From Octopus sinensis (Eukaryota): a stretch of DNA of 64,000 nucleotides. The translations under genes were made by a program, and so were the position numbers. The notes beneath the pieces are model-generated. The model was given only the letters and a program-made list of their open reading frames with translations, had not been told where the DNA came from and did not search any database. This document shows, piece by piece, positions 55,129 through 64,000 of this stretch. Location of the stretch: contig NC_043004.1 in assembly GCF_006345805.1 (NCBI RefSeq), positions 101,060,001 to 101,124,000 on the forward strand. Reading direction: 5' to 3'. Each line of letters opens with the position of its first letter. The first letter of the stretch is position 1.

Positions 55129-55539
55129 CAGGAGTGGCTGTGTGGTAAGTAGCTTGTTTACCAACCACATGGTTCCGGGTTCAGTCTCACTGCGTGGCAC
55201 CTTGGGCAAGTGCCTTCTACTATAGCCTTGGGCCGACCAAAGCCTTGTGAGTGGATTTGGTAGACGGAAACTGAAAGAAGCCTGTCGTATATATGTATAT
55301 ATATATGTGTGTGTGTGTTTGTGTGTCTGTGTTTGTCCCCCTAGCATTGCTTAACAACCGATGCTGGTGTGTTTACGTCCCCGTCACTTAGCGGTTCGGC
55401 AAAAGAGACCGATAGAATAAGTACTGGGCTTACAAAAGAATAAGTCCCGGGGTCGAGTTGCTCGATTAAAGGCGGTGCTCCAGCATGGCCGCAGTCAAAT
55501 GACTGAAACAATTAAAAGAGTAAAAGAGAGTAAAGAGTA
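55129..55539 (+). mobile_element. SINE family A
   Basis: Full-length, CpG-rich (young-looking) copy. Confidence 0.9.
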
Positions 55540-56276
55540 ATCACATCATTGAATTCTTAAAGGTACAAGACAATGCCTGAGTAATTCTTAATAATGTGAA
55601 TAAATAAGCATCACATTTGAGTAATCTGAATACTAAAGGATTAAACAGAAAGTATAGATTCACTTGATTTAGTTCTTAGTATATTACTGGTATGTTTTAT
55701 TAACCCCCAACAGAATTTAAACTGAGACTATGAAGGGACATAACAAATATCTAAACAGAATTTTGCCTAGCACTCAACCAGTTCTTCTAGTTCATGACCC
55801 TTAATCATCGTAATAATTATTAAGATTTACAAAAGCCACTAATTGTATGCAAAGGGTCAGTGATTAGAACTGAGTATTCCAACTTGTTAGTTACCTCGCA
55901 ATGCTAAGTTGAACTAATCCTAAATTTATCCTCAGTACAGAGCCTTCCAAAAGTTCTGGCCCACCTTACTAATTTACCTGGATTCTGAGTATAGGCAGTG
56001 TTGGTTTGCATCTACAATAACTAATTCTAAATTCAACAAACTTCATACCAACATCCATTACCAAGTTATCTTCCTCAAGTACCATTTAATAATTGTATGG
56101 GAGTTGTCTGTGGTACTCTACTATGATATTCCTTCATTAGTGCCAACTGTACTGTGATAGACCCCTGTTTTAGTGCCAGTTGCAAGTTGATCCCACGACC
56201 CTTCTCTCGTCAGAACTGCAGCTTTTTCTCTCCTTTTATTTTCCCTCTTTCTGGTGTATCATTACCATCCTCTTTG

Positions 56277-56657
56277 TGGAGGCACAATGGCCCAGTGGTT
56301 AGGGCAGCGGACATGCGGTCATAGGATCGCGGTTTCGATTCCCAGACCGGGCGTTGTGAGTGTTTATTGAGCAAAAACACCTAAAAGCTCCACGAGGCTC
56401 CGGCAGGGGATGGTGGTGATCCCTGCTGTACTCTTTCACCACAACTTTCTCTCACTCTTACTTCCTGTTTCTGTTGTACCTGTATTTCAAAGGGCCGGCC
56501 TTGTCACTCTCTGTGTCACGCTGAATATCCCCGAGAACTACGTTAAGGGTGCATGTGTCTGTGGAGTGCTCAGCCACTTACACGTTAATTTCATGAGCAG
56601 GCTGTTCTGTTGATTCGGATCAACCGGAACCCTCATCGTCGTTACCGACGGAGTGCT
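56277..56657 (+). mobile_element. SINE family E
   Basis: tRNA-like head with A and B boxes; homologous to 7927-8235. Confidence 0.85.
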
Positions 56658-56939
56658 TACACCACTATCCTCTTCATTTTCATCCTCATAATTATCGTTT
56701 AATGTCCATTTTCCATGTTGACTTGGACTGGATGGTTTGACAGTAGCTGACAAACCAAAGGATTGTGCCAAGTTCCAATATCTACTTTGGCATGGTTTCA
56801 ACAGCTGGATGCCTAACCCCAGCCATTCCACAGACTACTGGGTGCTTTTGATGTGCCACTGATACATAATACATCACCAGGTACAATCCACAGTAAAATC
56901 TATTTTCTTTAGAGTTCTGAGGATATTGTTACCATTTGT

Positions 56940-57050
<111 letters not shown>

Positions 57051-57051
57051 T

Positions 57052-57090
<39 letters not shown>

Positions 57091-57091
57091 G

Positions 57092-57321
57092 TTTCTTTAC
57101 AACCTACAAGGGGCTAAACACAGAGGGGACAAACAAGGACAGACAAATGGATTAAGTCGATTACATTGACCCCAGTGTGTAACTGGTACTTAATTTATCG
57201 ACCCCGAAAAGATGAAAGGCAAAGTCGACCTCAGCGGAGATTTGAACTCAGAACGTAACGGCAGACGAAATACGGCTACGCATTTCGCCCAGCGTGCTAA
57301 CGTTTCTGCCAGCTCACCGCC
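57092..57321 (-). mobile_element. SINE family B
   Basis: Match to the B copies. Confidence 0.88.
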
Positions 57322-58049
57322 TATCTATCTATCTATCTATCTGTCCGTCTGTCCGTCTGTCTTTCAATTTGTCTGTCTATCTATCTATCTATTTAGCAAT
57401 CTCTGTTTAGCTGTTGTAAGATGTTTCTTTTACTGTACCAAAATATATAGAATTATACAGCAGCTTCACTTTGAGCTAACTTCAGTTTCTTGTGAGTTTC
57501 TCAAGCAACAACTACTCCTTGTATTTGTGCCCCCTCCTTTTTTTTTTCTTTTTTTCCCCTTGTTTCACCCCATCATAAAACAGGGTGTGACCCCTTTTAC
57601 ACCATTTACCTCCTCCCTACTTAAATGAACAGAAGAATTTTCTCTATGTTTTCACTGAAGATGCCAGTTTAAGATGGCATCTCTGTCATTCTAAATTCTT
57701 TGGAACCTTACACTATTCAAAGAAAATTTGTATATCTTTCCTATTTAGAATGATTAAACCTTCAAAACATGTTCTTGCATTTAGTTTCAAAAGCATTCAG
57801 TTTTCAGGATGTACTGGTGTTTCTTTTCGTTTAGAGGTTGTTTTTTTCTGGTTTGTCAAGAATCCACCAAATTTATGAGGATATATGTATAGTATGACAC
57901 TGTGCATATCTATGTGTGTACATATGTATATGCATATGTGTGGGTTTGTATATGTAATTGTTGATCTGTGTGTGCTTCGTACTATGTATCTTGGTGTGTG
58001 TGTGTGTGTGTGTGGATAGCTAGATAGACAGATATTTATATATATATAT

Positions 58050-58082
<33 letters not shown>

Positions 58083-58114
58083 AAAATAGACAAATAAATA
58101 AATAGATAGATAGG

Positions 58115-58153
<39 letters not shown>

Positions 58154-59099
58154 GTAGGTAGGTAGGTAGGTAGGTAGGTAGGTAGGTAGGTAGGTAGGTA
58201 GGTAGGTAGATAGATAGATAGATAGGTATATAGGTAGGTAGATAGATAGATAGACAGACAGACAAATAGACACTTACAGAGACAAAGGTTTTTTGCATCT
58301 TCTTTCTGTAGTATTTTACCATAATTACAAACTGTTTATGCATGTGTGATTGTACATGTGTGTGTATTTATATATATATACACACACACACATACATATA
58401 GTGTGGAAATAGGTGAGACAAAGCGAGAGAATTGTGTGCGTACGTGTGTGTGTGAGTGTAGCATGAATGTAGTTGAATATGTAAATCTTTTAATATACAA
58501 TATATATGCACGACATATATATTGTATAACAGTTGGAATGTGTGTCAGGTGTATACATTCATCATACGATAGGCAAAACAATAATTTCTCAGCTGGCTGG
58601 TCTTGTTATAGCTGATAGATAGGGTATCAACATCCCTGGTGTTGTTGTCATCGACACATTTATCATCGTTATCATCATCTTCATCATCATATTGCATTAT
58701 CATCTTAGAAACTAGTCTACCTTGTTAACTTGTTAATTTGGTTACTTAATACGCCTGCATCCCCCCACATACACACACACACACACATGCATACGCACGT
58801 GCGTACCAATTTACCTTCACACAGATGAATTATACATACATACATATATACATGTATACATACATGCATACATACATACATACATACATACTACATACAT
58901 ACATACATACATACATATATACATAAATGCATACATACCTACATACATGCATGCATGCATACATACATACATACATACATACATCCATCCATCCATACAT
59001 ACATACATACATACATACATACATCCATCCATACATATATATATACATACATACATACATACATACATACAGACAGACAGACGTAGATGTATGTATGTA

Positions 59100-60170
59100 T
59101 ATACCCTGTTTGGTCAGAAAATTTTAAAACTAATTCCCAGCTTACTTCTTACACTGATGCCTTTAACCGCTTCAAAAATACGCAATCACTGAACAAGCCA
59201 ACGCAAGTGCAGCTCGCTTTTTTTGCAAGCAATCGACTCTACCAATTAATTGATAGATACGTAAGGTCTTCTCAGAAACCTGACTTATACGTAACTTTAA
59301 AAGCATCACAGATGACCTAACCAGAGACGATGCATATTTGTGATTTATTTATAACCAGGATTTCTTATGCCGGTATACGAACCAGACTGTTGGAAAACAA
59401 AACGCGAACGTTGACTTCGAATGTAGTAGATCGAGCTCATGTTTTAGAAAGTGCCATGAAAGATTCTCAGATTATAGCTCTATTCTTTCTGTTCAAAACG
59501 GCGTAATAATCTTCACTGAAGTGGAATCGAACCTCTAAAACGTTTTCTCTTCTTCGGCAGCAGTGCAACATCCGTTGATTTCTTCCAAAGTATTAATAAA
59601 TTTACCCACTTATATGCTTAACAAACTTCTTAACTGAGACAACTTAGCCAAGAAAATATCGTCCGACAAAACATTTAGTATGATCGACTTCCGTAGTGCG
59701 TACCACAATGTTACGTTGCATTCCAAGGATAAAGTATTTACGAGGCAAACAGTCGATTGTATCGGGTTTAAACGCCTTAGTTACAAACTTACAAAACAGT
59801 GCTATGTGTCTCCAACGGATTACAGACTATTTTATTAATAACATGTTGGAAGGCACGTACTTCTGTTTAGATGACGTCACCATTTGTGCTAATACCAAAG
59901 AGGAAGATAACACAAATTCATTTACATTCTTAAAAGTTGCTCATAAATATAATATGACGCTGAAAATGATATAAGTAAATTTTCATCTAAATCTATCTTG
60001 AGACTAAGTTATCAAATTAGACATAACGAATTGCGTCTTGACCTCTCACATTTAATTTTACATGAAAGATTGCTTGCGCCTATAAATAAACAATTCTTAT
60101 CTTATTAGGTGACATTGCTTACATATTCTTGATGAATTCCTAACTTCTCTGAAATGCGAGTAACTGGCAG
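59100..60170 (+). mobile_element. Decayed, internally deleted Ty3/Gypsy gag-pol remnant
   Basis: Gag-like DLFITRISYAGIRTRLLENK...RAHVLESAMK. RT motifs GIEP..VDFFQSINKFT, FSMIDFRSAYHNV, KLTNSAMCLQR, FCLDDVTIC (YxDD equivalent) and YS**IPNFSE. Frameshifts and stops throughout; no LTR found. Confidence 0.82.
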
Positions 60171-61204
60171 GACTTGAACACACATCTCTTCATTAACATC
60201 GTAGTGTAATGACAAGGATCCGATTAAGATCCACAGAGGTCCTAAGCACTTATAAGATTTTGGTGACCCCGTATAAAAGTAGTTCAAATTATAAACAATA
60301 ATAAACCATAAAATAAATTCTCATTTTTCAAAATGAAACAAAACTAACAATAAAAAAGAAAAATCATGATTATTTTTGTATACTTCCACTTTACTTATAT
60401 TTGAAAAGAATTTCCCTACTTTTTTTAATTGCAAAGTTTTTGATCAGACCCTTACTATAACACCATGAACACTTCGAAATTATATTTCCGATCATATAAA
60501 TAACATCGAACATTATTTTAGCAAGTTGAAAGTGATTTCTTTTGTATTGTAAACCATTTACCATTTCTGTGGTGCTCCGCCTTCCCTTGATGCTCTAAGG
60601 ACGTGCTTATTTCGCTTAATGGTTAATCCAGCGCTGACTACACAACACTACTGTTATGCATTGTTTCGTTCTTGATGGGATAATAGACAACTCAATGAAG
60701 GCATTGTTATTGTTTTACGTGTTTATTTTTGCTTAACTTGTTTTACGAACTGTCAATATGCAGCGGAGTGATACACATTCGCGTATCCGCTTTAGACACA
60801 GCTCATACTGTTTAGTAACAAATAGTGCCAAAAGTGGGGGGGGGGTGTTCTACACACGTATACCTACATATACACATAGATATGTTTGTGTAACAATTAC
60901 ATTTCCTAAACATATTCCATCCTCTTGGAGATGTGCGTTCAAGTTTCATCAGAATCTTCTATTTTATTCATCTCATAAGTATTCCTTTATATCTGCTTGT
61001 TTTACTTACTTTGAACAATTGATTTCTTTACAATTAATGCGTTATTGATATTTCTTCAGCTGCTTCAAGATTAACACTAATTTCTGAAATTGTAACGGAA
61101 GTATTTCTGACCATGTTTGGCGTAAAACACTAGTGTAGTCTTCAGAAAGCATTATGCGATGCTACAATGCCAGAAACTCGCTGCTCGTCTCATTAGTCAC
61201 TTTA

Positions 61205-61720
61205 TATCTTTTATTTGTTTCAGTCGTTGAATTGTGGCCATGCTGGTGCACTGCTTTGAAAGTGGTTCTCAACCGGGGTCCCTATGACTCTTGGCGATCC
61301 AGAAGATTTTGTTGCTAAAATTTATGAGCAATGAATTTGTGATATTCTTACAATGTATTTTAACCAAATTTTTTAAAATACAATTCCAAATAATATTTAT
61401 TCATGAAAATATAACGGGATATTTTTAACATCGAATGACTGTGAGGGTCTATCCGAGTAAAATACGAATCGGAGGGGTCCATAGGTAAAAAAAAAAAATC
61501 GTTGAGAACCACTGCCTTAGTCGAACAAATCGATCCAGGACTTATTTTTGAAGTCTAGTACTTATTGAATTGGTTCCTTTTTGCTGAATCGCTAAGTTAC
61601 TGGAACGTAAATAATTTTTTTTGTCAAGTTGAGGACTCACGCACACAAACAAACACATATACGATGGGCTTCAACACTGTTTCCGTCTACCAAATTTGTT
61701 CACAAAGCATTGGTCGTCAG
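61205..61720 (-). mobile_element. Diverged SINE family A containing a hAT-like MITE
   Basis: tttgtttcagtc...ctaccaaatttg matches A around the MITE. Confidence 0.75.
61260..61514. mobile_element. hAT-like MITE nested in a family A SINE
   Basis: agtggttctcaacc...gttgagaaccactg TIRs; homologous to 11760-12014; SINE A continues on both sides. Confidence 0.75.
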
Positions 61721-62651
61721 CCTTGGTAGCGCTAATTTTGAGCGGTGGGGGTGGCAGGGTTGATGGTTCATATCACTTCAGAAGCCTTTATAGAGTTGTT
61801 TTCAAGAGTTCTTTAAACAGAACGAAGACATCTTTCAGAAGCCCCGAGTCGAATAGTTCTTATTTCAATAATTATCTTAAGTGTTTTTATAAAGTTAGAT
61901 TTTTATTTTGTTGACAATAGAAAGGGGTATGTCTACATTCCTATCTCTTTATTAATAATAATAATAATAATAATAATCACCCTTGAGATTGAGCAACAAT
62001 CCGTACTCTTTGGAAACCAGAAACTGCTTTGGAATTTTTTGCTAAAGGATGGGTGTATCACAATGTAAACAAAGAGAAACAAATGTTAGTCATAATAATG
62101 CATTGAAAAAAAAAATCGACACATATTTATTCATAAAAACATGGGTGGTTATTTCTTTCTTTCATGCCTCTGTGTGTGTGTGTACATGCACACAAGCCTG
62201 CATAAATGTATTATATATTATATTATAGCGTGGTTAGAAATGGGAAGAGTGGCGCTTTTGATGTATATTATGTTGAGTTTTTACGGGAGTAGACCAACAC
62301 ATCCTTTTGGTATGTCATTGCTTATATATATTTTTATAATTGACAAAAAGTTGATCTTGGCCCTTTAATCCCTTTTTTTTCACAAGGGATGATAATGAAG
62401 CGTTTAATAAATTGCGGACGTGAAAGTTTCAACCCTTGAGTCACTTACATAAATTACAACAGATTTTTTTTTTTAAATGGGACCGGGGAATGTATGTATA
62501 CTCATGTATTGAGTTTTATATCTTCTGTCAAAGAGGGACTGGCCTGTCGCTAGACTTTGTTGCCTAGGGGTGCTTCAGAATATCCTGGATGGGCACTAAT
62601 TTTATGACAATGCTAAAGTTGAGTCACTAAAGTGGAGTAAATATGGGGGAG

Positions 62652-63090
62652 GGATCTTTTCTGTTTGAACGGCAGATTTTTCTAGCGGTGTCATATGAAA
62701 TTGTCACCCATAATTATGACCCTAGTATCGATCTATTGCATTTTCAATCTGTTTTAGGGTTAGGGTTAGTTAGGGTTAGGGTAAGAGTTAGGGGTGGGGA
62801 GAAGTGTATCTTTTTTCCTTCACAAATGTAAATAAACCCAATCTGTTTCTTAAACGAGGGACATATTCATACGGCACAGAATGTTTTTTACCTCATTAGA
62901 CGTCAGTGATTGGTTTAAATTGCAGAAATTGAAGAAAAAAACAACAAATATCTTACAAACTATAGAATTTTCTTAATAAAGCCAAGAGAAAAAGATGTTT
63001 TATAAACACATTCTACCAGTATACGAAGTTTATAATTTTTTAGTTACCTAGAAATTATGTTAGAAACTGCCGTTCAAACCGAAAAGATCC
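62652..63090. mobile_element. MITE with about 27-bp TIRs and an internal TTAGGG-like tract
   Basis: ggatcttttctgtttgaacggcagatt vs aaactgccgttcaaaccgaaaagatcc; (TTAGGG)-like repeats at about 62754-62795. Confidence 0.75.
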
Positions 63091-63549
63091 TGGGGTTGCA
63101 CTGTCGAATAGCGAGGGGGCAGTGTCGTCCACCACACCCGCTAAGCGACAGGCATGGGGGTGGCAGGAATGGATGGGTGTGTCAAATAGCTCTGGTTGCT
63201 ACAGTCATCATGTAATCTAGTATGTGTAACATATCAGGTGGTCGACAACTAAATCAGTACCTACCCACAACTGGCTAGTCTAATGAAGAAGATTGCAAGA
63301 AATCCGACAGAATATAAACATAACCTGTTACAAGGACAGATAAACCCAGCACAGAGTCCAGCATTAATGTCCAGCCCAATACTTGTCATTCAAATTGCTC
63401 GCTCCAAATTCAGTGTCTGTTCTAGAATCCGGCAGTTACTGGCGGTCGTGGCCTCTACATGCGTATGTAGATAACCTACGGTAAACAGTAGGTATAGTCA
63501 ATCATTGTATTGCCTCTTATGATCTAATTCTTTATAAATAAGTATCAAG

Positions 63550-63721
63550 CACTGGCGTAGCTAGAGTGTGTGCCGCTCGGGGCGCCCCTTCCGTTTGCCT
63601 CCCCCGGATCCCACAAAAAATACACATTGCCTACAGCAATATCCTACAACAGGATGAAAAGTGCCGCTCCTTTAAACGTGCCACTCGGAGCGGACTGCTC
63701 CCCACCCTAGATACGCTTGTG
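63550..63721. mobile_element. GC-rich hAT-like MITE remnant
   Basis: cactggcgtagctag...ctagatacgcttgtg imperfect TIRs; flanks gtatcaag/gcgacaag partly match. Confidence 0.5.
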
Positions 63722-63779
63722 GCGACAAGTGAACAAAGTCTTGGCTCTTGAATCATGTTGAAATATATAGGAAGGTTGC

Positions 63780-63827
<48 letters not shown>

Positions 63828-64000
63828 ATATAAATATATGCATATATACATGCATATATATATATATACATACCTACATATATATGTATATATACATGCA
63901 TATATGGGTACAGGACATCAAAAAAGCGTTGAATACAATGAGGAACGAAAACATAAAAACAAAAATAGAGAAACGAGACATACAACATAAAGAATATTCC

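Noticed and set aside
61105-61150. Hammerhead-like motif CUGAAGA...AAAC-AUG-GUC on the minus strand
   Set aside because: G12 is missing and stem II cannot close, so it is at best a decayed relic. Not called as a feature.
62754-62795. True telomere or chromosome fusion site
   Set aside because: The tract is short, degenerate and internal to a TIR element.

Overview
AT-rich, repeat-saturated eukaryotic DNA. The SINE families and the (TA)n/(TATG)n/(GATA)n/(ATC)n microsatellite load strongly resemble an Octopus (coleoid cephalopod) genome; this is pattern recognition, not a database result. No complete host gene can be supported. Almost all ORFs in the supplied track are microsatellite, SINE or tandem-repeat artefacts. 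The window holds more than 50 SINE-like copies or fragments from about five families (labelled A-E here), often nested. It also holds decayed LINE fragments (CR1/L2-type endonuclease, CR1 3' end, two RTE-type RT fragments), a decayed Ty3/Gypsy gag-pol, piggyBac-like and hAT-like MITEs, two 63-bp minisatellites and a 100-N assembly gap. The best unexpected signal is a set of type I hammerhead ribozyme motifs read directly from the sequence, all on the minus strand. Two have an intact canonical core (22527-22623, 30768-30860), one has a single G12A core change (31107-31157) and one is a minimal variant (36893-36927). All four sit in short Penelope-like/retrozyme-like elements next to (TA)n tracts. 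A sister copy at 33.3 kb has had the ribozyme segment replaced by an inverted copy of nearby DNA. A few frame-preserving phase-1 candidate cassette/micro-exons on the plus strand (best: 5725-5751) suggest the left part is intronic DNA of a large plus-strand gene, but this is unproven. Repeat boundaries are approximate (about +/-10 bp) unless stated.
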